Source: Rhizaria sp. SCN 62-66 (taxonomy: Eukaryota). Taken from it: DNA of 64,000 nt. The notes below the pieces were generated by a model. That model had not been told where the DNA came from, did not search any database, and saw only the letters and a program-made list of their open reading frames with translations. The translations under genes and the position numbers were made by a program. Shown here piece by piece: positions 24,118 to 35,965 of the stretch (position 1 is its first letter; every line of letters starts with the position of its first letter). The stretch lies in NCBI GenBank assembly GCA_001724265.1, contig MEDY01000057.1, positions 1 through 64,000 on the forward strand, given 5' to 3'.

Positions 24118-26844
24118 TCACCGGCGCGGACTGCGGCTGCGGCTGCGGTCGCGGCTGTCGTCGCGGCGGCGGCGCGGCGGCGACCGACTGCGACTGCTGC
24201 TTGCACTGCGACGGCGATTGCGATCGCGGCTGTCGCTGCGGCTGTCGCTTCGGCTGCGGTTACGTCGCGGCGAGTCTCCGTAGCGGTCCCCGCGGCGCGC
24301 GCGCGCGGGCGGCGACAGCGCGCGTTTGCCGCGGGAGCTGGTCCCTGTGGCACCTGTGGGACCCGCGGTGGCCACCGGTGCGCTCACACTGCCACTAGTG
24401 CTGAGAGAAGAGGACGAGGGCTGCAGCGCAGCGTCATCAGCGGCATTAGAAGCGGCACCAGAAGCGGTGGCGGTGGCGGAGGCGGACTCCGGCTTAACTT
24501 CTTGCTTCACCTCACGCTTGACGTCGCCACGAGGTGACCGTGAGCGCGACCGTGAGTCGCGACGGCGAGGTGACCGTGACCACGACGGCGACACAGAGCG
24601 CGAGCGACGCCGGCGACTCTGCGCTGAACGACGGCGCGGGGGTGACCGTGAGCGCGACTGAGACCGTGAGTCGCGGCGCGGGGGTGACCGTGAGCGCAAG
24701 GGTGACCGTGAGTCACGGCGTCGAGGTGACCGTGAGCGCGACTGAGACCGTGACCGTGAGCCCGAGCTAGAACGAGAGCGGGAGCGAGAGCTAGAACGAG
24801 AGCGGGAGCGAGAAGAAGACGGCGACCGACTGCGACTGCGGCGCTCGCGCTTCACCTCGCGCTTCACCTCACGCTTCACACCGCCACGCCGGCCATCGCG
24901 GCTGTCGCGACCATCACGACTGCTACTGCGGCTGCGGCTGCGGCTCGAGCCACTGTCGCTGTCACTGTCGCTGGAGCGGCTGCCGCGGCGGCCACGGCCA
25001 CGGCCACGGCCGCGGCGCCTGTCGCGGTCGCTGTCGCTGTCGGACCAGAACGAGTCCGAACTGGAGGAGGAGGACGACGACGAGTCAGAGTCTGACGAGT
25101 CCGACTCTGCGAGCGCGCGCGCCGCCGCGGCAGCAGCGTCGCCCATATCCTCGGCCGCGCGCGCCGCAGCGGCCTCGGCCATCGCGCGACGCTGCTCGCG
25201 CAGGTGCTCCTTGAGCGGCTCCGCGAGCAGCCCCAACCCGATCTCGGTGAAGAAGCGGACCGCGAACTTGCTCGCCTCGGGGTGTTCCTTGGGAAACAGC
25301 CCCGCCGCGGCCTCAGCCAAGCCAGGGGAAAGCAGCCGCGCACGCAGCCGCGCGGCCGTCATGAGCTGCGCAAGCTCCTGGAACAGCTCCTTGACGAAGA
25401 TACGCGTCGAGACGTTCGTCTCGCGCTCCGACAGGCGGACGTAAGAGAGGACGCCCCAGTCGATGGCGTCGGTGTGCAGCAGGTGCGCGTAGCACAGAGC
25501 CAGGTTGCGCAGCTTGGACAGCGGGAAGTCGTGCATAGTGGCGTAGTTGAGCGCGAACGCGTCCTCGAACTCGAGCCGGTAGCCACCCTCGCGACCCGAG
25601 TCGACTTTGCACAGCCGCTCAGCGAGCGAGCCGTACAGCCGCATGTACGAGCGTTCGTTGCCACAGCACAGCAGCACCATGTTGGCGACCTCGCGCTTGC
25701 CGCCCTCGCGCAGCGGCAGCCGCAGCAGCTTGTGCGCCGCTTCCTCGAAGGTGAGCGAGGACACGATGATGAGGTAGACCTTGCGACGCAGCTCCATCGC
25801 GAGCGCGCTGCTGCCGTCGTAGACGCTCCCACTCGCGCTCACGCCGCCGTGCGCCGACAGCGCGTGCGCCGCTGCGGCGATGGACGGGTCGTGCTTATGC
25901 TGCTGCTGCTGCTGCTCATCGTCCGCGGCGTCGGCTTCGTCGTCGGCGTCGTCGTCGTCGTTTTCGCCGAGGATTTCGGCGCGGACAACGGCGTACTCGT
26001 CCTCATGTTGCTGCCACGCCGGGTCGCGCTTGAACACGTCCAGCAGCGCCTCCGCGTCGTGGTCGCCGTCCAGCTCGGCCTCGTGCGTAATCTGGTCGTC
26101 CAGCTCCACCAGGTCGAGTCGCGCGTCGATGGCCGGGTGGGACTTGAACCCTGCGCGGTAGGCCGCAAGCACGGTCTCGCACTGCACCTGCACAGGGCCG
26201 GAGAGCTTGCCCTCGGAGAGGACGGCGCGGAAGCGCGCGAAGACGGCCGCGTCGACCTGCCGGCGGAAGAGGTCCAGCAGCGTCGCGCCAACCTCGAGCG
26301 TAAAGGTGGCCGCGAGGGACACGGCGTCGTCGGTCGGCGTCTCGAGCAGAGCGTCGATGATCTGCAGTGCGAGGACTTCATGCGCGACGCGGTAGTTGAC
26401 CAAGTGCGCGAGAAAGGCGCACGCCGCGGAACCACCGGCGCGGTCGCCACGCTTCCACCCGCGGCGGAACTTGAGGATGAGGCGGCGCAGGAGGATGTCG
26501 CCGATCTCGGGCAGCTTCGTGTTGATGATAGAGACGAGCGCGGCGTAGACGCGGGTGAGCGAGGGCGCCGCCTCTTGTGCGGCGAGCAGCGAACGGCACA
26601 CGAGGCCGCGGCCGCGGATGAGGTTTTCGTGGAAAAGCTCGGCAACAATGTTCGGCAGGTTGTCGGTGTTGGCCTTGTTGATGAGACCGTTGATGCTGCG
26701 CCGCAGGGCCTCCCAGCGCTCGCGTTGGAGCGTCTCTTCGCGGAGCTGAGACGCGTCAGCAGCGTCCGCGCCCTGGGCGGCCTGCTGCTCGCGCAGCATG
26801 CGCAATTTCGCAGGAGGGACGTAAACACCGGTTTTGTTCGACAT
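24118..26844 (-). CDS. CWC22: Pre-mRNA splicing factor CWC22 (MIF4G plus MA3 domains, long RS-rich tail)
   Basis: GVYVPPAKLR, QRERWEALRRSINGLINK, ENLIRGRGL, LVSIINTKLPEIG, ELRRKVYLIIVSSLTFEEAAHKLL, STRIFVKELFQEL and FFTEIGLGLL. Intronless. Confidence 0.96.
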   Translation of the reverse strand: MSNKTGVYVPPAKLRMLREQQAAQGADAADASQLREETLQRERWEALRRSINGLINKANTDNLPNIVAELFHENLIRGRGLVCRSLLAAQEAAPSLTRVYAALVSIINTKLPEIGDILLRRLILKFRRGWKRGDRAGGSAACAFLAHLVNYRVAHEVLALQIIDALLETPTDDAVSLAATFTLEVGATLLDLFRRQVDAAVFARFRAVLSEGKLSGPVQVQCETVLAAYRAGFKSHPAIDARLDLVELDDQITHEAELDGDHDAEALLDVFKRDPAWQQHEDEYAVVRAEILGENDDDDADDEADAADDEQQQQQHKHDPSIAAAAHALSAHGGVSASGSVYDGSSALAMELRRKVYLIIVSSLTFEEAAHKLLRLPLREGGKREVANMVLLCCGNERSYMRLYGSLAERLCKVDSGREGGYRLEFEDAFALNYATMHDFPLSKLRNLALCYAHLLHTDAIDWGVLSYVRLSERETNVSTRIFVKELFQELAQLMTAARLRARLLSPGLAEAAAGLFPKEHPEASKFAVRFFTEIGLGLLAEPLKEHLREQRRAMAEAAAARAAEDMGDAAAAAARALAESDSSDSDSSSSSSSSSDSFWSDSDSDRDRRRGRGRGRGRRGSRSSDSDSDSGSSRSRSRSSSRDGRDSRDGRRGGVKREVKREVKRERRSRSRSPSSSRSRSRSSSRSRSRSSSGSRSRSQSRSRSPRRRDSRSPLRSRSPPRRDSRSQSRSRSPPRRRSAQSRRRRSRSVSPSWSRSPRRRDSRSRSRSPRGDVKREVKQEVKPESASATATASGAASNAADDAALQPSSSSLSTSGSVSAPVATAGPTGATGTSSRGKRALSPPARARRGDRYGDSPRRNRSRSDSRSDSRDRNRRRSASSSRSRSPPRRRRDDSRDRSRSRSPRR
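24530..24812 (-). repeat. Degenerate tandem repeats encoding the RS domain of CWC22
   Basis: Repeated GGTGACCGTGAG units and two adjacent copies of GAGCTAGAACGAGAGCGGGAGCGA on the + strand. Confidence 0.75.
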
Positions 26845-27184
26845 TTACTCTGTATCCCTGAGTGGGTCGAAGGTATCACTCCCAGATTCGATTTCAAATC
26901 TCCCTTCCTTACCGCAGCTTGGCCGACGGCGACCAACGGCTGGATTGGTGGACCAGGATTGGCCGTCACAAAAGAGGCTCATCTCTGCTTTCCACCGCCG
27001 TCGTATAGAGACTCTCGATATGGGGTCTGTTTCTATGCGACATGATACCTTTATTTTGTATTTTTGTTTTTCTAACGAGCTTTACAGGCCTGCTGTGTCC
27101 GCCAAGATTATACCTCACCATCAATCCCGCGCCTTCACCTTGTTCTCCTGCTCGGCTTTGTCCCTCCAAGGCGCGCGACAGACA

Positions 27185-27696
27185 ATGAGCGAGTCGTTCC
27201 GTCCTGCGAAGCTGCGCGCGTGCATTCACTGCCGTCGTGTCCAGTACGAGAAGGATTTCACCTCGACAGGCTGCGCCAACTGCGGCACCCGCATCTGCAC
27301 CCCCAACTTCGTCGGGTCCGTCCTTTCATCTCCTTTCCCCGCTATCTCTCGCCCCGCAACAATTTTGTAACACCCCCGTCTCACCTTGCCCGCTTACCCA
27401 CAATTGTTTTGTGTTATATTCGCCGCGTTTGTAGGCTGATCGCGATGATGACGCCGCGCTCGTCGTGGGTCGCACGCGCCCAGAGCATCGTCTCCCTTAA
27501 GCCCGGCACCTACGCCGTGTCCGTCACGGTGCCCGAGAACGCCGAGGCCGCTGAGGATGAGGAGCTCGACGCCGGGCTTAACGGCGTTAACGACGAGTAC
27601 GAGGACGACCTTGCGGGGCTCCCCGACGCTGACAGGGAGGCGGAGACCGGCGGCGCCGGCCGCAGCGCCATTCGTTACGACGACGAGGACGACTGA
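27185..27696 (+). CDS. SPT4: Transcription elongation factor Spt4 (DSIF small subunit); exons 27185-27315 and 27435-27696
   Basis: LRACIHC...GCANC...CTPNFVG/LIAMMTPRSSWVARAQ...PGTYAVSV, joined by a GTCCGT...TAG intron. Acidic C-terminal tail. Confidence 0.92.
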
Positions 27697-28530
27697 GCGA
27701 CGAGTTCCAAGACAAAAGCATCTCCACAATCAGCTCTCAGTCGAGACGACAGGTGCGCTATTTGATAAGACATAGTGTATATTTCTCGAGAACCTTTTAG
27801 TTGCACATTTGTGACATTTATTTGCGTGAAGATCGCATGATTTTGGTGAGGGCCGATCACAGGGCCTGCTTTGGGGACTCTCAAATGCGTCGCGATATGC
27901 GTCCTAGACGTGTCGGTGGCGTTTTAAAAGGTCTATGCGCACATACACAACTATACATAGAATTCATTCAACTTAGTCTCATTGTATATTGTACTCATTG
28001 CAAATCGCTGCGTCCACTGAACTCTGCAAAGTGACTGTGATCACTGCGAGCTGACTGGCGGCAGTCCAACGGCTCCCACACACCGGCCGTTGGGGGCGAA
28101 CTTGGAATCAAAAGTTCATCGTGAAGACGTTCGTATAATAGCGATATATTTCACCATAATACTAGATTATATTTTCGATATGTGGGAAGATCACTTGCAG
28201 CAGAAATGCAGCCGGATTATGCTCGAAATTTGCCTCGGGAAGAGATCTGCTTCCCGCAGGTCCACGCTCTTGACTAGTCGACTTTTCATCGACTCTCACG
28301 CCATGTGATCTGCACAATGAAACTGCAAACACTGTGTCTCGTTTAACTGCGCACCTTTCTACCTTATCATGATGCATTCTCACCGCGAAGTCTCTCTGAT
28401 CCCCTGTACTAGCTTGCTCTCCTTGCACACTGTTCGCAGCTCTTTCGAGCCCGCCTTCCCTTGATCTTTCTCGCAGCCACCGCTTTCTTCTAAACTTCAC
28501 CGCCGCGCTTCCGCCGCGCACCGTTGCCTT

Positions 28531-29807
28531 ATGTCGTCGACCGGACGCTATCCGCTGCGCTCGCGCTCGCGTTCTCCACTGCCTCACGACTTGCCCTTGT
28601 CCCGCGCAGACGCTCCCGATGGCCGCTTCCCTCCCTCTGGCCCCGCCGCCGCTGCCGCTGCCCCTGCCGCTGGCACGGCCACTGGCACTGTAACCACTCC
28701 GGCAGCCACTGCACCGACATCAGCAGCTCCCGCGGGCGATGCTGTTGTCGCCGTCGACGCCCCCGTCCGGTCAGAGTCCGCGCCCACTTGTGACACCGCG
28801 TCGTCCACAGCAACATCGACAGCAACTGCGACTGTTACTTCTACTGCGACTTCGACTGGCACAGCGTCTGGCAGCTCGCGCCGCGTGCCGCCGCGCGTGT
28901 ACAAGCCGTCGCCCGTGCCGTCCAAGAGCGCGCCGCCCCGCGCCTCTGCGGGCCAGCTCGCTCCGGCCGCGGCACGAAACAACAACGCAGTCGCAGTCGC
29001 AACCGCCGCCGCCGCCGCCGCCGCAAATGCTGCTGCTAGTGCAAGTGCAGGTCTGAGCGCCCGCGTTGTCACGCAGTCTTCGTCGTCCTCAGCTGCACCG
29101 CTGTCATCATCGTCGTCTGCGGCTGTCGCCGCCGCCGCCGCCCGCGCCCGCCGCGCCGCGACTGCCGCCGCCTCGGCCGCTTCTCTCCCCGCCTCCGGCC
29201 CGAGCGCTGCCCATGCACACCGTTCATCCAGAGCGACTGCCGCGAGTTCCGGCGACAGCGGGGTCCCCGAGGAGCTGCAGACGCGCGCCAAGGTGCTCCG
29301 TGAGCGCCCCGCGCGGTCCGCCGTCGCGCCCGTCGTCGACGCCGCACTGGCGGCCACCTCCGCCGCCGCGGGCGCCGCGCGCGCGCTGCTGCTGACGGCG
29401 ATCGCGACCGAGAGCGCGCCCGTGTACGACAGCGCGGAGGTTGTCACGCCACTTGTCTCTGCCTCGGGCGCGGACCCCGCGCGCCCCCTCACGCTCTCCC
29501 AGTCACTTCCCACCAGAACTACAACTGCTGAGGCTGAGGCGGCTGATGGTGTGGAATCGGAGAAGGTGAGTGCGCCCGCGGCCAAGCGCACCCGCGGCGC
29601 TTCCACTGCACTCCCTTCTTCTCTGCCCGCGGTTCCCACTGCGGGCCGCGCTGGTGCGCGCAGGGGCGCTGTGTCCGTCATAGTCACGTCCTCTTCTAGT
29701 AGCAGCTCTAGCTCTAGCTCTAGCTCTCGAGGCGCTGACGCTGATGTCGAGGCCGAGGTGATGCTGCCTACTCCTGCCGCTCCCGTCTCGGTCACCAACG
29801 CAAACAG

Positions 29808-29858
<51 letters not shown>

Positions 29859-32800
29859 GTCGCCCCGCTCCCGCCGCAAGCGCGCCGCCGAGGCCGATGC
29901 AACCGACGCCGCGACTGCGAGCGAGATCGCCAGCACGAGCACCGGCTCCCTGGCGTCCATCGCAGAGGCCGATGACGATGACGACGCCGCCGCCGTTCCT
30001 CCCCTCGCGTCGCGCAGTGGCTCCAAGCCTGCGTCCGCGTCCGCTGCCGTCCCCGCCGTGGCCGCGGCCGTTTCCCGCTCCGCTTCAGCCCTGTCGCCGC
30101 CGCGCCCCGCCACTTCGACCGCGGCCACGCTCGCCGCCGCGGCCGCGGGCAGTCCCGGCGCGACGCGCGCGTCCACGGGCGCCGGCGGCGGGCACTCCGC
30201 AGCCGACGCGGCGCGGTCACCGCGGTCGCCGCTGTCGCCGCGCGGCGGGCTCACCGATCCCATCGGCGGCGCGGCCAAGGTGCCGGCGCTGAGCCCGCGT
30301 CTGCGCTCGCCGCCTCAGCAGCAGCGCTCGCACTCGCAGTCGCCCTTGCAGACGCTGTCGCAGACGCTGTCGCAGACGCAGTCCAAGTCCCCCTCACAGT
30401 CGCTGTCACATCTGCAGTCGCAGGTGCAGGCGGTCGTTTCGCAGTCGCTCTCGCAGTCGCAGAGTGACGCTGGGTTGATTTCCCCCCGTGCGCTGTCGTT
30501 CACGTCCATGACGGACACCGACGCCGCCGCCGCTGTCGCCGCTGTGCCTTTCGTCGCCAGAGACAACATCGCCACTGCACAGCCACACAGCGCCGCTTCT
30601 AATGCTGTGAGCACCCCGGTGAGCAGCAAACTCAACGCGAGCTTTGATGCTGGCGAGCTTTCGGCCGCGCGCCGTGCCCGCGGCGGCAGCGAAAGTGCGC
30701 GCGCGCGCCGCAGCGCCGGCGCCCCGTCACCCGCGTGCCCCAGTCTCACTGGCACCGATATCGGTGACAACGGTGACTCTGCTATTTCCGCTGACGCAGC
30801 ATCATCCGTAGCCGTTGCAGTCAGGCCCGGGGCGTTGACGCGTGCGGTCAGCGACGGCGCGGCCGTGGCCGCCGCTGCAATGAGCGACGGCGACGATAAT
30901 GATGCCACTGTAGACATGAGCAGCAGTGCCGCGTTTCTTGGCGACGACGCCGACGCCGACGCCGACATTGTCAGCGATGCCGATGCCGACGCCGGCGCCG
31001 ACGTTGACACTGACGCTGACGGTGAGGCGCTGGGTGCCGGCGGTGAGGCCTGGACAGACACCGACACCGACAGCGCAAGCGAGGACGCGAGCGAAGAGCA
31101 GCAAAACGACGACGACGACGACGAGGGTACCGTCACCGGCGACGGCGGCGACGATGCCGGCACCGACGCTGCCGTGCGCCGACGCCGCCAGCCATCGCCG
31201 CGGTCACTCAAGGCCATCTCGCGGCTCCCGCAGCCGCAGCAGCAGGCCGCCATGGCTGCGGCGGTCAAGGCCGTTGAAGAGGAGGACGAGCAGAACAGGT
31301 ACGAAATTGCACTTGACAAAACAATATTCAACAATATCAACGTATTTCCGTCATTTATAATCATAAGCTGTATGACAATAGTTTTATCTTAATATTTCGA
31401 ATATTATGTTATATTTGTTGATATAAATCATTTTTAGGCACCCGTCGTCTCCGATCCCGTCGCGCGACCGCTCGCTGCGCCGCCGCCGCACCGCGCTCGC
31501 CATGCCGGCCCCCATGGATCTCACGGGCTCTGCCGACGGCGACGGCGGCGACGGCGACGGCGAGACAGGCGCAGCCGCGGCGCCCGCGCTGCCGCCGCCG
31601 TCTGAGAGCGTGACCGACGAGACGTACAGTCACGCCGGGATCCCTATCACGCCCATTGCGCCCCGCACAGTCTCCCGCGCCAAGAACAGCTCCACCGACA
31701 GCAGCAGCAGCGCGGCGAACGCGGCGAGTGCGAGCACCAAGCTCAGATTCGGCGAAGACGACGAAGCCCCCGCCTCGACTGCTGCTGCCGTTTCTGCAGT
31801 TTCCTCTGCGGCTCCTGCTGTTTCCGTCTCAGTCTCCGTCTCGATCCCTGCTGCTGTTGCTGTCGGCGCACAGGGGCAGGGCGCGAGCGCGTCGCCACAG
31901 TCGCCGCGCCGCCGCCTGGGCCCGCGCGAAGGCGACGACCCCATCATCACAACGACCGGCGCGTCCCCCTTGACTTCGCCCTCCGCTCTCGCCACCGCCG
32001 CCGCCGCCGCTGCGAGTCTTGCTGGCGGTCTCACTGGCGCCGGTGTTGGCTTAGCGTCCGCCTCCGCGTCCGCAGTGCCGACCCCGATCCGCAAGGCCGC
32101 CGCCGAGGGTCTCGAGGCCGCACTCCACAACGCTAGCAGCACCGCTAGTAGCGGAAGCAGCGGCAGAGTGAGTTTCAGCGCCCTGCCGCGCCCGTGTCAG
32201 GGCACCCGTGAGCCGTGCGCCGCCGACGCGCGGCCCGCGACCGCTGGCATCCTCCGCCGCGAGCCCCGCGGCCCCCGCACTGACGGGCGCCACCTCCGGT
32301 TCTCGTACGCGCACTGGGCCGCGTTCCCAGTCTTCCCGGACTGGGGCAAGTGCCCGCACGACCCCACCGGGTTCGCGCTGGGGCTCAGTCCCGTGGCCGA
32401 GTCCGCGGGCGTGATGACCGTGACGGCGCGCGAGAACGCCAAACCCGCGATGGACTCGTGCGACATCGAAATGCGTACGTTCATTAGTAACTTTCGCAAT
32501 TTCAGAGCAAAGCAATGTTTATCTGTTTGTTTTTGATGCACCGACATTAATTTCTATTTCTAACTTGCGTTTTTTTCTTTCTCTTGTTCATTTAAACGTT
32601 TTCTGTTGATTTTCTCGTTTTATTCTCAATTTCCCAGGTTTGCGCCGCGTGGCGTGGCGCGAGGCATTCTACATCGTCAAGGCACTCGCGCCCGCGCTGC
32701 TGCCGCGCCCCGACGCTGCCGCGCCGCCGCTGTACGATCCCGCCGTGGTGCAGCGCGAGGGCGTCAGCGCGCTGCCAGCGATTGTGGCCACACTGGGCGG

Positions 32801-34742
32801 CGAGGGCGTTACGCTGCGGTTTGGCTACGCGCCAGAGACGGGGCCTGACGCGCCTGCGCCGCCCGCGCTGTTGACTGTGGGCGCAGGCAAGTCCGCCACG
32901 CTCAACCCGGAGGCTGTGGAAATGATCAAGCAAGGTATGATCGATCTATCAAAACGAAAGACACATTCAAAGCTAGATTGGCACGAATCGAAGTACACAT
33001 ACTATCAATTCATTTTAAATCCCTTTGATATCTCTCACATTTTCCGTTTTTCTATCTTTAAATGCATTTTCTCCGTTTTGCGCAATCTAGCGTTGATCCC
33101 GACGTCGCGTCTGCACGGCGTGTTCAGCTCCATCGCGCGCGACATGGCGCTGGGAGAGATGTTCTCCGTGGCCGACACGCCCGACGATGCCATTACCGCA
33201 GTCACCGCCCCGCCGCCGCACCCGCGCGCGGGGCTCCCCGTCGCGGGGCCCGAGGCCGTGACGGACTACACTGCTGCGGTCCGCGCCGTCGTCAACGCCC
33301 CGCTCGGCGCGTTCACCGACACCGGCGATCTGCAGCGCCTCAAAGAGCACCGCAAGTTCGCCGGCTGCTCATGCCGGCTGCGCGTGCCGCTGTGCCCACA
33401 CAGGGACTACCGGTACGACGCGGCGGCGCTGCATCCGCTGCTGCCGCCGCCGTTCGGTTCGGGCTCGGCGTACCCGCTTGCGTCGCGCTACTGGCTGCCC
33501 ACAAACCGCGATGGCGGGGGCCGCGGCCCGCTCAATGAGCGCAACGAGGACGACGAGGAGGATGAGGAGGACGCGGCGTTCGACTACGACACGTCACAGG
33601 CCAAGTCAAGTGAGGACGAGGTCGCACTGGCGCTGGCGCATGTCATGGGTCTCGCCCCCGGGTCCCGCGCGTACCCCGATGAAACGGGCGGTATGTGGTG
33701 CGATGATGTCAAGTCTGCGAGTGAAGGATGCGCGATTTGCGAGCTGCTGGTGTGGGACCGTGTGGTACGGTGCGATGAGAACTCGTGCCCCTGCTTCCTC
33801 TCTGGAGTCAAGTGCACTGCGTACGTCAAACATAACAAGGAAAACAAAAACACTTCAATGAGTGGATGTCTGGAAATGAATTGATTTTCGGTTTAGTCAT
33901 TATGACGATCCTTAAACTAAAGCCGTATATTAATGTCATTTACTCACGCTTGAACTCATCAGAACTTTTATTTGTGTTTCATTCGATCTTTTTACGCTTT
34001 TCGTAGTGACGCGTGCGGTTGCTCTGACGACTGCTGTAAGAACCCCAACTCGCGCCACGAATTCGACGACGAAAAAGTCAATTTCTTCCGCATGCACGTG
34101 GTGCGCATGGCGAACACGCGCGTCACCAACAGCGAGACCGAGTACGCACTGCCCGAACGCAAACTCGCGGTACTTAAGGAGCGCATGAGGGACATGTACA
34201 TCCGCCACGAGCGGTCGGTCCACGACGTCCGCGTGTCGCGCCGCCAGCAGGCGCGGGTCGAGGCCCTCCGCCGCGGGCTGCCGGGTGCGGGCGGCATTGA
34301 GCTGGTGTCGGCGGAGGACACGGCGGCCGAGGAGGCGCGCGCCACGGCGGCGGCGGACCTCGCGTTCGGCGGCGCCAGCACAACCGACGTCCCCGGCGCT
34401 TATACGGAGCAGGACGTGGCCGAGCTGGACGCGATGTTCGAGGCCGAGATCCGCGCCGCCGCTGCCGCCGCCGCTACTATGGGCGAGGCGGCGGGATCGC
34501 AGGCTCTGACGGAGGAGCAGATCGAGGAGAAGATTGCGCAGATGCGCCGCTTTCTGCCGCCGGCCATTGCGCCGCTCGCGCTGCCGACGCCCGTGCACAG
34601 TGAAGAGGCGGGGGACGAGGGCGACTACGAGGGCGACGCCGAGGCGGACGCGGATGCGGAGGCGGAGGCCGAGGTGGGGCATATTGAGACCGAGAGCGAG
34701 AGCGGCGTCGAGGTCGGGGTGGCCATGGTTGACGGCAACTGA
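28531..34742 (+). CDS. CSRNP/AXUD1-like cysteine-rich nuclear protein with a very long low-complexity N-terminus; exons 28531-31298, 31438-32474, 32638-32934, 33091-33820, 34007-34742
   Basis: Four GT-AG introns join four ORF-track pieces in frame. Blocks GILRR...HLRF...FALGL, DLQRLKEHRKFAGCSC and CDENSCPCFLSGVKC...CGCSDDCCKNPNSRHEFDDEKV parallel the CSRNP_N domain. Confidence 0.7.
29809..29856 (+). repeat. (GCT)16 microsatellite encoding poly-alanine
   Basis: Sixteen perfect GCT units within exon 1 of the CSRNP-like gene. Confidence 0.9.
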
Positions 34743-35541
34743 GTTGTATATGCCTAACTCATCACTAAAGTGTCAATTTGAGCCCTAACCGCACTAGCTT
34801 GAAACGAGACCTGAGAAATCAATCTAAAAGGCACGCTTGAGCAGCATTAGTAGTACCAGAGCGAGCTTTGGGAGCGAGTGGCTGATCAGCGAGTGGATCT
34901 CTGTGACGTCGAGCTCTGTCACGGCCCGTCGATATTTGCATTAAGAAGTGTATTGAAGCGTTTACAATAGTTTCAGTTTATTATCAAGCATTCAATCACT
35001 TTTACGAACAATATTACTATTATTTTAACAAATGAAGCAAGTTGTGTAATTCATATTGCGTCCTAAGTGTGTCGTAATAAAGTAGACATGATGTTACGAA
35101 GAGTGTTGCTAAAGTAAACGTTTGTGTATTTTTGTTGTTTTGATTTTATCGTCATTTTGTTCTTGAACTGTTAGGTATCTTTTGTGGTCGTGGTTATTGC
35201 TAATAGTCATCTAAAGATAGAATCGAGCACACACAAATCAAGCCGAGTTGCAGAATGCTCACGTGTTGCCCACAGTGACACAACGTCAGCGTGTGATCCT
35301 CTTACAAGCGCGCCATGGATCAGCGCTGTATGAAGCAAGCTAACTGGCTCTACGTTATGTTGACTGTTGTTGTACAAAAGTGGTGTCTGCACTTCAGTCA
35401 ATCACGAGTCGCTATGTGGTGGCATGCGTTAACAAGACGTTTCCCTCTTGTAGACCCACTCTTTGGTTGCTTTGCCGCGCTGCATTATGCCGCGATAGCT
35501 ATTTGGTACGTATATAGTATGCTATCTGTCGTTTTGGGATC

Positions 35542-35965
35542 TTAGATGGTGCCCTGGTTGCTCTGGAGGGCGGCAATCTGCTGCTTGAGCAGCGCAATCT
35601 CCTCGTCCTTCTCGCGGATCACGCGCTGCTGCTCCTCGACAGTCTTCTTGAGCTTCTCCGTGTCCTCGCGCACAGGCGCGCCGAGGTACTCCTTGACGAA
35701 GTCGTTGGCGTTGACAGGCTTCTCGGGCAGCTCGTACAGACCGACGATGACCTTAGTCAGGTTGTCCAGGACGCCAGCCTTCTCGAGGTAGCGCTGGAAC
35801 TCCTCCTTCTTCGCGTCGCTCGACTATAGACAGGAAATCAAAACAAGTGGCAAATAAAGCGTAGTGCATAGCAAGTGAGCATTGCTGTGACGTTGTATCT
35901 GTTATAATCAGAGGTTGAGCGTCGAGGAAAGGCAACATGGAGTGTTAACGGACCTGCATCGACAT
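35542..35965 (-). CDS. MYCBP: c-Myc-binding protein homolog (MYCBP/AMY-1); coding exons 35965-35954 and 35823-35542; not in the ORF track
   Basis: ATG TCG ATG CAG then a GTCCGT...TAG intron, then SSDAKKEEFQRYLEKAGVLDNLTKVIVGLYELPEKPVNANDFVKEYLGAP and a coiled coil. Ends TAA. Confidence 0.92.

Noticed and set aside
35106-35119. TTGCTAAAGTAAAC, matching 13/14 to 42007-42020, both in convergent spacers
   Set aside because: A match of this length is expected by chance among the AT-rich spacers, and there is no flanking similarity.
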